From NCBI GenBank assembly GCA_004764695.1, contig SMSO01000036.1, forward strand, positions 620,001 through 684,000: a stretch of 64,000 nt of DNA, read 5' to 3'. A program made the position numbers and the translations under genes. Source of the stretch: Schizochytrium sp. TIO01 (taxonomy: Eukaryota; Protista; Bigyra: Labyrinthulomycetes). Numbering within the stretch: the first letter of the stretch is position 1; each line of letters begins with the position of its first letter. Under the pieces are notes generated by a model that worked only from the letters and a program-made list of their open reading frames with translations, ran no database searches and had not been told where the DNA came from. This document shows, one piece after another, positions 1-10,541 of the stretch.

Positions 1-663
1 CTTGCCTCTGAGGCCGAAGAAGCTGGGCCCAGCTCAATGAATGTTGCAGATCTTGTTGCTGACCTAGAGCAGGATACATTGCTGCAGTCCTCAGATGTAG
101 CCAAACTCGAGTCCGATGACGACCTGGGTACTCCCAAAATGCAATCTGAGACTCCTGAAAAATCCGAGGACAATGGCTTGGTAGGCGAGTCATCAATATT
201 AGATCCTGTTCTGCCTGAAGATCCAGGTCCCGTTCTCGTTCCTGACCGTGAGTATGTTCCAGCAGAAAAATCAAATGCTAGTTTGGTCTTCACAGAAGAC
301 GACCAGCAATCTGATACGTTGAGATTAGCCCCAGCTTCATCATCGAGCAACGAAGAACCTCGTGAGAAGGAAGAAATAAAGAAAGAAAAAGAACTAGTAG
401 TACAGGAAAAAGTTACGGAGAAGGTTTCTGGCGAAGAGGAAGCACTAGACATTGCTGAAGCATCTCCTGAGACGGAAAGAGAAATAGACTCTGCTTTAAT
501 TCCAGCAGGAGACAACACGGATGGTGGCACTTTAAAACCAGCTCTGCCTTCATTATCAAGCAATGAAGAGCCTCGCGAAAAAGAAGAGGAAAAAGAAGAA
601 GCTATAGAGAAAGCGTCTAGCAGAGACGAGGCACCAAGCAATATTGAAGCCTCCCCGCCATGA
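1..663 (+). CDS. C-terminal part of an acidic Glu/Ser/Pro-rich low-complexity protein (5' end outside the window)
   Basis: Frame 1 is open from base 1 to TGA at 661-663. Strongly E/S/P/D-biased. Internal duplication SSNEEPREKEE at about 343-375 and 556-588 with synonymous differences, which supports real coding. Confidence 0.75.
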   Translation, partial: LASEAEEAGPSSMNVADLVADLEQDTLLQSSDVAKLESDDDLGTPKMQSETPEKSEDNGLVGESSILDPVLPEDPGPVLVPDREYVPAEKSNASLVFTEDDQQSDTLRLAPASSSSNEEPREKEEIKKEKELVVQEKVTEKVSGEEEALDIAEASPETEREIDSALIPAGDNTDGGTLKPALPSLSSNEEPREKEEEKEEAIEKASSRDEAPSNIEASPP

Positions 664-1267
664 AAAGATGGGCAAAATCTGTTTAAACTAGGCAAGGGTT
701 AATAAGGTTGGTTTGTTTCTTAGTCAGACTCAATTCTACCAAGAACGAAGGTAAACCTAATATAGAAATTAAAATCGGTGCAGAGGCTCTTTTTCTGGAA
801 CTGCTGCTTCAATACTGGGTACTTCACAGGAACAGGAAGACCAGACACAAGATCGACAATACTGCAAAGGGTTGCCTTCTTCACCTTCAATTAATCAGAA
901 AATAAGCTCAACGTGCTATGCGGAAAATCAGCACTTATGTACGATAATTTCGAAGGAAAAGATAAGGAGCTTGGACCATAGCAGAAAAGAAGATACATCT
1001 ATTTTTTTGCAATAAGGCAATAAGCAATGTAAAATTGTATGTAAGGCAAAAACTTTTGATCATAAACAAGGGTTGTAATATCTCTTATTTTTAACAGTCG
1101 GCAACCTCTAGTTAGTAAAGAAGTGAAATAGATTGCACAACCTTTCAAATCTAATTGAGAAGTTTGAGAAACATTGGTCTATCTGTCAAACGTAAGCTTG
1201 GAAACCTCAATAGATAAATCTGGATGAAACTAAGATTGCTTGCAGTATAAATTTAAAATTTGGGATA

Positions 1268-2197
1268 TTACTGCTCAGATGCGGGCGGCCACATTTTAGG
1301 GAAGAAAATGTTGCGAGGTTTATTTTCTCCCGGCAAATAATACCGTCCGTAGATGTAGTCAGGTTTAGGATTTTCGCGCCATGAGACGTCTGCACGAACA
1401 ACATGGACGCCAAGAGCACGGCGATGACGAGTCGAAGACTTGCTAGCAGCGCTTCCGTGCCAAACATCTTGATGATGAATGATAGCTTCGCCAGCACGTA
1501 CTTTGAGCGACTTTATCTCCAGGCTTTTGGGATCACGGCCAGCGTTGATGGCCGCTTGAGCCAATGGACTTTGGTGTTCTGCTTCTCCGTGAAATGCCGA
1601 GTTCACTGCTCCGGTATTCTGGGCTTCAGTAGGCCATTTATGCGACCCAACACAGTACTCCACAACTCCGGTTTCTTCGTCCGCATCGTCAAGGGCAATC
1701 CAAATTGTCACACTGTTGTCTTCATACGGAGAAAATTGTGCCGAGATGTAAGCTGAGTCTTGGTGAAATCCGACTCCACCAGCAAGCGGCGGTTTCCAGA
1801 GAACGTCATCCTGAGCAAGCCGAGCTCCTGCCTCCCAGCCCATAAGCGAACTGGCAAGCTCACCAAGAGCCGGGGATGTGGAGATCTTTGCTACCTCTGT
1901 ATCTGATTTCCACCCGTTGACAATTTCACGAAAGGCATCAGGTTTGGAGATACCTTTGCGCCAGTGCCATTCGTCAGGATAGATACCTGTGTTAAACTTG
2001 CCCTCGAAGAGGCCTTCAAAGCGGCTCCGAACTTTGTGAACTTCATCGTCGCTCAAGACTTGTCCTACCGCGACGAAGCCATCGCGAGCTAGAGCTTCTT
2101 TCTGCGAAGGTGTACACGACCTCTGCCTGGCTAGCACGATCTGTTGAAGCAAGCTTCGTCGACCGATTGCAGTTCTTGCCTGTGCAAACATGATCAT
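1268..2197 (-). CDS. Phytanoyl-CoA dioxygenase (PhyH) family Fe(II)/2-oxoglutarate dioxygenase
   Basis: Motifs 'DGFVAV', 'WKPP..GGVGFHQD' (HxD), 'VTIWIALDDADEETG', distal 'WHGS' and 'RRA'. First ATG is at 2197 (the track start at 2221 is TTG). The Arg-rich, acid-poor N-terminus may be a mitochondrial presequence. Confidence 0.9.
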   Translation of the reverse strand: MIMFAQARTAIGRRSLLQQIVLARQRSCTPSQKEALARDGFVAVGQVLSDDEVHKVRSRFEGLFEGKFNTGIYPDEWHWRKGISKPDAFREIVNGWKSDTEVAKISTSPALGELASSLMGWEAGARLAQDDVLWKPPLAGGVGFHQDSAYISAQFSPYEDNSVTIWIALDDADEETGVVEYCVGSHKWPTEAQNTGAVNSAFHGEAEHQSPLAQAAINAGRDPKSLEIKSLKVRAGEAIIHHQDVWHGSAASKSSTRHRRALGVHVVRADVSWRENPKPDYIYGRYYLPGENKPRNIFFPKMWPPASEQ

Positions 2198-4473
2198 CGG
2201 GACCTCGTTTACGTCGTTCAAGATCGAGTTTTGTCGAGGTGTGCATTCACTTCATGATACCTGGGTTGTACATACCAGGATTAGATATCTTTGAGCTGGC
2301 TCACTACTAGCACTACTGGTACCTAGCTACCTTTTTCTTGGCCTAAGAGATGGTCATTTCCATAGCAAGTGATGGATGGAGACAAAATTATCCTTAATAG
2401 TAGGTCACTTGGGATGGTGAGGTGAGATGCACACTCTGGAAATAGCCCACCAAATAGACCCATAAGCTAGCTACGTATGCACATGCACGAAGAGCTTTAC
2501 CTTAATCAAGCAGCAGAGATTGCCACGGGGTCATTTCGTATGTGCCTATTGGGCTTGCCATAGAACTCGCTAGTATGAATGATTTTACGATTGGAATAAT
2601 TATTCATCGGCCAAGACTACTAGGTACTACATTGGCGTTCTTTTATGAGGTGCAGAAATTGGTACTAAGGTACTCGATGAGAATGCCAAATTATTATTTA
2701 TTTTGTTTTGGGGGTGCTTCATTATTCTTTTATTTACCCTTAGTTTAATGTCTATTATTTAGAGCATTGAATTGTACACTTTGACACAGTAAGCTTCTTC
2801 GAGGAAAGCTTTGATTGAAATTTTGTCGATAGGAAAAGGTCCAAAAGCATCATATCGTGCACCTACCATGTCCTGTGCTTCGGCACTCTTGTTCGTTTCA
2901 TTCATTTTGGTGCCGCCCCCTATTCCACCCTTAATAACCTTCTTTTTCCAAGATTTACATGCAGTTCCCACGACTGCTCCAAAGTTTCACTACTCTGCGT
3001 TCACGTCGCACAACCTCAATAGGGTCACCGTCGTCATGTTTTCGTCAATTGCAAACAGTGAGCTTGTTGCCAACTTTTCGAGTGCCCATTTGCTTGCTTT
3101 CTTATTGCTGTTGTGCTTGCAAAGCTTTCTATTCATAGGGGTCCTCTTGGTATTGCAGCTGATGAGGGGAACCCGCATAGTGAAGCTCCCCGGCGTGGCA
3201 ATCTCGTTCCCTTGGGCACACTTCGTTTCTGCTTCTGCTCAGCAATGTCGTAGGAACAGCTTTGGTCAGCGCCTCTATGTTATTCTTTGTGGAAGAGCGC
3301 GCCTGCACGCTTGGGGAGCAGCCACAAAGGAGGTTGAAGCAGGTTGGAAGTGGGCAACGCTGTGTTTGTTTGTGATTTATCTCAAGCTAGTTGCCGAGCC
3401 TCGCTAGCTCGTTGGCTTGTTCTTGGGCATCGCAAGAGATGGAGACTCCTTTTGTAAGTGAAACAAGAAATAGTTTGTGGGTTTCTCTTTAAACCCTCGT
3501 GCAGCTCTGCCTCTTCGTGCAGCGAAGCTTTGCGGCCTATAATGATGTTGAGGTGCTACAAACCAACCTGAAGAGAGCAAGTTGCTGGGAATGAGGCTGC
3601 GGAAGCGAGGAAGATGTTCTGTTGTTCGGACTACTGCAGAGAAGAGCGATCTTAGTGAGTATGTAGAGATAAAAAGCCATCCTTTTAGACAAGATGATAT
3701 CTTCTTTCGTTAAGAATCCGAGCCGAGGTCAACTTTGGCTGCTCAACTAGTCAGCCTGAAGCACTTGAGGTTTTAGCCTAATACATTGAGGGTATATCAA
3801 TTTGTTTATTTTAGCGTGTCTACTGGTACGTGTTGGTACGTGTGCTTCAAAAAGATTGCCGAGCGGGGCCAGGCATCACCGCATGTTGCTTCACTTTTAG
3901 CAACAACTCCACACTTTTTCTTTTAAAAAAAATTAAGATGAAACGAAGTTGCCGAAAATTATTCAAGAAGACAATAAAAGGCATATATATCTATGGGTGG
4001 GGAAGGAATGGAATCGAAGCTACTACGAAAGAAAAATACATGTTAATTACAGAGTGAATAGCGTCTATAGTTTTTTATGTTCTCCAGGTGCGAAAAATGT
4101 TTGGAAAGCAGCAGCTACTCATGGTCTGCATCTCAGATGGGAAAAGCCAAGAAGGTGAAAACCTCATACTTGCGCTCGCCATCGTGATCATCATGATCAT
4201 CAAATATATATATATGTATGTATAGATCGAGTGTTGAAGGCAAGAGAGCAAACTCAACTGTATTGCAGTGCTCCCGTTAGACTGCAAAGATCTTGCCGTC
4301 AACAAATAAAATTTTGTTTGATATTGTCTTTGGTTTTGTTTTTACAACCCAGTTTAGCGTGCATGCCAAATTGTGGACTTGCGACTTCTTTCGAAGATCG
4401 AGCACCTGTGTTTACCTTACTCATCGTGCTTTTTATTGGTTTTAATACAACCAACAACTAACTATAAGTCAAT

Positions 4474-6084
4474 CTAGTTAGACGAGCACGAAGGGCGACT
4501 GAAGAAAAAGGGTGAATTTGGCTGCAAAAGGCGCTGCATGAGCGGTGATTCCATGCTGATGCTGTTGAAGTTAAATCCGTTCTGGTTGTTGGCAGCTGTG
4601 GACGAAGCAAAAAGACCCTGAACCGAGCTCGAGGGGAAAACGAGTGGGGAGAAGGATCCAGACTCGTGTTCTGTAGGTGACGGAGAAAGCAAACTTGCCA
4701 AAGCGGATGCACTTTGGGGAGATTGTTTGGGGCTCATCTTGAGTTGTGTCATGAAATCCTCAAAAAACGATGGTGAGATTGGCGTAGGAGAAGCGCTAGG
4801 CAACGATGAAGCGGGCACGCGCGGCAAGGTTGAAGGGATGGAGATTTTGGGTTGTTGTTGTTGTTGAATGCCAAGAGGCATCTTCTTGGGGTATTGCTGG
4901 GCTTGCATCTGAGTACCCTCAAAACCCCGAGACGCGGCCAATTTGGAGTTGTTGTGATGAGCCGTAAGCTGGGCAAGGTCAGCCATCTTGTCAAGAGACG
5001 AGGGGGGCTTAACCTTGGCATGTGGTGCAGTGCTCTGTGCTAGTGCAAAGGGGGGCGCATTGCTCTCACTAAGACTGAGAAGTGAGCGAACAGTCTCGCT
5101 CTGGCAAAGACTTGCAGGCAGGCTTCCAGGTTGAAGAGGAGACATACGAGGAGCCATATTGTGAGAGCTGAAGAGTGGGGAGGAGGAGGAGCAGGAAGAC
5201 AGGGATTCGAGCATACCCGGGCGCTCGCTTTCGGGCGAAGATGGGGCCGAGTTCATGTCTGCCTGGGGGGAGCTCATTTCGTGGAGCTTGCGAGCCTTGC
5301 TTGGGGGTTGGAGGCGCGCCTGGGCGGTAGCGAGAACAGTGTTACCCTGAGGTGCTACGACAGGGGATGAGATCTCAGTCTTGCACTTTAAGTTGAACGA
5401 TTTCAGGTTTTCGGAGTTAGAAGAAAGCATGCTCAGAAGGTTGTTGCTAGTGCTGATTGGTGAGGACGCTTCGTTTGTTTCTGAGAGCTTGCGCTTGGTC
5501 TTTGCGTGTGAGTGTGTAAGCATGTGCGAGTTACGATTTGATGCTTGAGCAAAAGACTTATTGCAACCGGGAAAGGTGCAAGCGTACGGGCGGTGGCCAG
5601 TGTGTGTGCGGATGTGAGTCTTGAGGTTCGCCTTGTATGCAAACCTTTTGTCGCATCCAGGGAATGTGCATGCAAAGTCCTTCTCGCCAGTGTGAACAAG
5701 GTTATGGCGCTTAAGCTTTGCTCTTTCGTAGAAACGCTTGCCACACCCAGGCACAGAGCAAATAAATTCGCGAGGTTTGTGCGTGAGGAGATGTTTGCGG
5801 AGTACCTTGCGGTCCTTGACAAGTTTGCCACAACCTTCAAAGAGGCAGCGGAACACCGTGCGCCCGTCGGTGCGATGAATGACTTCGTGTGGGCCCCACT
5901 TGTGTTGGGCCACGTGTTCTCGCAGGAGTCTAGAGGTTGAGAGTACTTTGCCGCAGTGTTCACAGGAGAGCTGTCCACCGCACACTGAGGAGGCGGCAGG
6001 TGAGCTCATTGCGCTGCCGTAGTCTGCTACAGATGTTGCTGCGGGAGAAGGCATGGTCGCCGCTGATTCGGGCGACATCTTCAT
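4474..6084 (-). CDS. YY1: YY1/Pleiohomeotic-like C2H2 zinc-finger transcription factor (5 fingers plus Ser/Pro/Gln-rich tail)
   Basis: Four tandem fingers DRKVLRKHLLTHKPR / FYERAKLKRHNLVHTGEK / FAYKANLKTHIRTHTGHRPY / FAQASNRNSHMLTHSHAK align finger by finger with YY1 as I recall it (DNSAMRKHLHTHGPR / FVESSKLKRHQLVHTGEK / [20 protein letters not shown] / FAQSTNLKSHILTHAKAK). One extra N-terminal finger (CEHC...H...H). First ATG is at 6084 (the track start at 6126 is GTG). The symbol reflects similarity, not proven orthology. Confidence 0.85.
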   Translation of the reverse strand: MKMSPESAATMPSPAATSVADYGSAMSSPAASSVCGGQLSCEHCGKVLSTSRLLREHVAQHKWGPHEVIHRTDGRTVFRCLFEGCGKLVKDRKVLRKHLLTHKPREFICSVPGCGKRFYERAKLKRHNLVHTGEKDFACTFPGCDKRFAYKANLKTHIRTHTGHRPYACTFPGCNKSFAQASNRNSHMLTHSHAKTKRKLSETNEASSPISTSNNLLSMLSSNSENLKSFNLKCKTEISSPVVAPQGNTVLATAQARLQPPSKARKLHEMSSPQADMNSAPSSPESERPGMLESLSSCSSSSPLFSSHNMAPRMSPLQPGSLPASLCQSETVRSLLSLSESNAPPFALAQSTAPHAKVKPPSSLDKMADLAQLTAHHNNSKLAASRGFEGTQMQAQQYPKKMPLGIQQQQQPKISIPSTLPRVPASSLPSASPTPISPSFFEDFMTQLKMSPKQSPQSASALASLLSPSPTEHESGSFSPLVFPSSSVQGLFASSTAANNQNGFNFNSISMESPLMQRLLQPNSPFFFSRPSCSSN

Positions 6085-7089
6085 TTGGGATTTGCTTTTG
6101 CTGAGTGGTCTTCCCAACTTTGTCACTTCCGAGTCTGTCTTTGCAAGCTTAGTAAGTGAATGAATAAGTGAGTGAGTGAGTGAGGGAGTGTGAGTGATCT
6201 AAGAGTTGCTTATACAACAGTAAGATCAGCTACCCGAGTCTTTGTATAAAGACTTGTTAGGTACCCTTACTTGAGAAAAAGAACACCGGAGCCTCAGACG
6301 GGGCTTTAAGATGGAAAGGGGGCAGAGTGTGCGTTCTACCCTTCCTCTGTACGTGCTCCTCGTTTTCCCTTCCGACTGGGTTGGTTCTTCTTCCTACAAT
6401 GAAACTCTGTGCGGAAGAAGAGCGAAAGAAAATAAAGAAATCACTCCCTCAATGAATTGACCAACTATTCGAGAGGAAATGAGAAATGAAAAAAGCCGCA
6501 GAAGCCAAAGATCCCAAATTGGCAAGCTTGCTTACGCGTGGCTCGACTGCGTGCGATGCGGGCGGACCTTTGTTGTTGTCTATGAACCCAACAGAAGGAG
6601 GATGGTAGGCAGGCGCCAGCCAACCGATGTATCTTCTAACGATTCACAGGCAGCAGAGCAGGTTCGCAAGTCACGAGGGGCCCTGCGTCTGTCGTCGCCG
6701 TCCACTGGTTCTTCGCTCTCTGAGGCACCTCGCAATCGATAACAGCAGCTGATCGATGACCCAGGCAATCCCTCTCCCAGTTAGCGAGAATATCTGCTTC
6801 AGTTGCTTCGTTCTCCAGAGTCTTGATAATTGAAGTCGTTATCAACCCGCTCAAGGACGTGCGAGCGGTTTGATTGATTGATTGATTGATTGATTGTCGT
6901 TTGTTCGTTTGTTTATTACCTTCACTTGCGAAGCTGATTCGCAGCCAAGCAATAACAGACGACAAACAAACAAACCAACAAACAACAAGAAAGTATATGA
7001 GGCAAGCAAAAGCCCCACGTGCGTGTGCCCGCTCTTCCTGAAGACCGATCACCGCGGCGGCTTCCGCCAAGTACACAAGCCTGCCTCCT

Positions 7090-7260
7090 TTGGCTGACTA
7101 GCTGGTCACGCGGTCTGATTGGCTGGATGCCTCGCTGGCTGAATCCCTGGGGAGTCTATCTGTCCCGCGTCACCAAGCGACCTCGCTCACGATCGCCACG
7201 CGTCAATTGCAGTCGCTTTCTCCCTCGCGCGACCAATGGAATCAGAATTGGCCTTTCTTC
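7090..7260. promoter_or_regulatory. Candidate proximal promoter of the zinc-finger gene (CpG-rich, CCAAT boxes)
   Basis: ATTGG at 7118-7122, CCAAT at 7233-7237 and ATTGG at 7247-7251 in CpG-rich sequence about 1 kb upstream of the ATG. Confidence 0.35.
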
Positions 7261-7773
7261 ACCTCGCACCCGCGAGTTGCTTGCTTCAGTGCTATACGAG
7301 GCGAGCGTCTCCGATTTGAATTGCTCGTATTGTTTTCTTTTGTTTTTGGCGAATGGCTGCGATGCAGTCTGGGACGAGCGACCTTATTGCGCTCTTTGCC
7401 GCTCCTGCTGCTGCCGTGCTGTCTTTGGGGCCGCAACCAAGCGTCCTCCTCGCGTGTGGATGGGGAATGTGCAGTCTACTGGTTGGAGCGAGCCTTCGTT
7501 GTTTGTTTGGTGCAGCAGCTCGCGCTTCGAGAGATTTGAATTACGAATTCGGGTTTTGAAAAAAGAAAAAGGCAAAAAGGCTTTTGAAATAAAAAAGAAA
7601 AAAAAGAGAAGAAAAAGAAGAAGAACCTAAAAGAGAAAACTAACCTAGGCCGTAGAGAACTGCTACTGCCGCTGCTAGGAACCGAGGTTTTTTCTTTCTG
7701 CTTTCTTTCGCTCACTTCAGTTTTTCCCGTTGCTCCGCCACGAAGTTCGAGCCCTTTCTATTCCAGGTGCCGG

Positions 7774-7820
<47 letters not shown>
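7774..7820. repeat. (TGC)n microsatellite, about 15 units
   Basis: Read directly from the sequence. Confidence 0.95.
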
Positions 7821-7826
<6 letters not shown>

Positions 7827-10483
7827 GGCGGGCCGCTCTTTGGCTGTATTGTCGAGCTTGCTTCAGTCTCGTCTGAGTCTTCCCTTTTGTCGCAGAGCCT
7901 GCTTCTTTGTAAGCTCGGCTTTCTTTGGCTTTGCGCTTGGAGATGGAGCCGAGTTAAGTCTCGCTCTGTTTGGTGTTTGCTGATGCCAATTCCTGCGCGT
8001 CTCGTGTTTTATTTTTACTTTTATTTTATTTTTAGGACCCCTTCTTCTTCTTCTTCTTCTTCTTGCATTATCTATTAATTCTTTTTTCCCCGAACCTGCA
8101 GAACTGTTTGCATGGGAGACTTTCATACAAGATCAAGCAGGGCCCGCGGCTGTGGGCTCTGCCTCTCTTCGCGCCCTGTTTCCCCTGCTTTCTCCATCTT
8201 TTCCACCTTTCTAATCGTGTTTCGGGGCCCTTCTTCCTCCTTTGTAGTACATACTTAAACTATTTTTAAAGTGCTATCACTTTCAACACCTTTTTACATT
8301 TTAAAAAAATGTAAACTGTAATAATCTTCGCTTTTTATATTATTTAAAAGTTAAATAACATAACTAATAATAAAACTACTCTGCTTCTTCGAAGTGTGCC
8401 ATCTCTCTCATCAATACCATAACAAATGTGAGACTTGGAAGAAAGGAGAGAAGGAGAGTGCATTCTCGTCTCCTCCCAAGGTTAGGATGTTTTATAACAA
8501 AATTCACATTTTATTGAATTTAGTTTTACCTGCCTGCCTGCCACTGACCCAGAATTCAATAATTCAATACATAGATTTACATACCTACCTATACAACACT
8601 CCCAAACAGACAGAACGAGCCTCCTTCCACGAGTACGGAGCACCAAAGCTAAACCATTCCTCACTGTCCCAACCGATGTGCTTAACAGTGCAAACGTTCG
8701 TTCAAAGAAGGTTAACTTCTTAACTATTAATTCAAACGATTTTAATTAATTTAATTATTCAATTTAATTTCTAATAAATAAAACAAATTAAAAGCTTATC
8801 TGAGGCATGGGAATGGGAATGGGAAGAGACGCGCTTCACAACCAACGGGAAGAAGAAAGAAAAAAGGCCTTCTGCTGTTGAATTGTACTACCACGCAACC
8901 AACTCCCCTCGATCTAAGGCCGCCTGCCTGTTCGAAGAGGCCGCCTACGCACCTACGCCGGCAGCCTCCTCTCCTCTCCCATCGGCGCTCCTCTCGTCCC
9001 TCCTGCCAGCGTCAGTCAGTCAGCCCAGAGCCACAAAGGCGGTCTTCAAGCTCGAAGCCTCCTTTCTCCTCCAGCCAGCTTCACCCTTTCCCTTCTCCTT
9101 CTTCTCTCTATCTTTCTAGCTGACTACCACCTACATAGACATAGGTAGAGGTAGCTTAGGTATAAAGTGAATGCATCAAACAAATCTTCCAACCCCAGCG
9201 CTGTCCACACTTCGCTTTTGTTTTCTGGCACTCCTACCACGGACCCTTATTCAACGCCTAGCACTCACCTCCTTAGCTACTTAGCTGCCAGAATCGCTGA
9301 GGCCTGTCTCCCTCATGAAGCCTGTATCAAATCAAAACCTGCAGATTACTTTAAACCAGCACTACTGGGGAAACTCTATTTGCTTCGCAGGATTACATAC
9401 AGGCTCAGTGTGGCGCCAAACGAACCCACCTCGGCGCCGCGGTCATTCAGTCAGCTCGAAAAGGGAAGAAGCAAGTTTAGCGAGCAGACGCGCACTTAGG
9501 CGCGCCGGTAGGACCTGCTAGTACCTGCCTCGCCTTCAGAGGAGAAACGAGAAGAAGAAGAAGAAGAAGAAGAACTGGCGAGAGAACGAGGCTTCGAAAA
9601 GCCGCTTCGAAGCGTCTGCGCTCTTCCCGTCTTCTTCGAGTTCTCTCTGCGCGCAGAGACCTCTGGTTTCTTTCTGACTTCTTTCCGAAACCCACCTCAG
9701 GCCAAGACTAACACAGCAGAAGCTCCCGCACCGCAATCCTTCGAAGGAGGGGTCTCATTTTCTCCTCAAACCAGCACAGAAGAAGCAGTCGAGCTCCTAA
9801 TTCTTCTTCGATACTTCAAGAAATCTTTTTATCTGTTCAACGAAATAAACATAAACAGAGCCCTTCAGTACTCCTTTTATGATATTACCCCCGGAGCCTT
9901 TAATAAGATTTTGCTTTTTATCGCCCCATACAAGCTCCAGCAGAGGATACCTCTCTCTGTCTGTCTCTGTGTCTGCTGATTTTATTCATATTTACGCCTT
10001 TCTAACATATTTTTAGTTTCAAATAACACTGGCAATTACAAGAACCACTCCAGGAGGGAGTGAACACGACGGGCACCCATCTTGAAGATATGTTTTTCGC
10101 TGGAGCATAAAAATTAATAAAAGAAAAAAAGCCTCCATCTTCGATCTCCAGCTTCCTCGCCCAGGTTTTCGGCGTGCTCAGGCCGGCATCCGGTCGGTCT
10201 CATAGACGGGATCCCTGTCTCTGCGTAGCTTTCTCCTGATCGGCGAGACGTACGATGCGGTACCCGAGAGCCACTTCTCCAAGCTCTTCAAGCGCCCCTC
10301 CTTCTCTCCGAGTATGCATATATTATGTGTGTATGTATGTATATATGTTCATCAATCAAACATTTATATGTATATATTCACGTCAGTTTGTCTGTCTTCT
10401 CTGCTTTTACAAAGTAGTGTTCTTTCATCTCAAGAATCGTCGCTCTCTTTGAATCACCTGGTAATTTATAACTAACCTTCTCA

Positions 10484-10541
10484 CTAACTAACTAACTAAC
10501 TAACTAACTGATGAACTAACTGATGAACTAACTGATGAACT
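10484..10541. repeat. (CTAA)n run followed by 3 copies of the 12-mer AACTGATGAACT
   Basis: 12-mer copies at 10506, 10518 and 10530. Confidence 0.85.
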
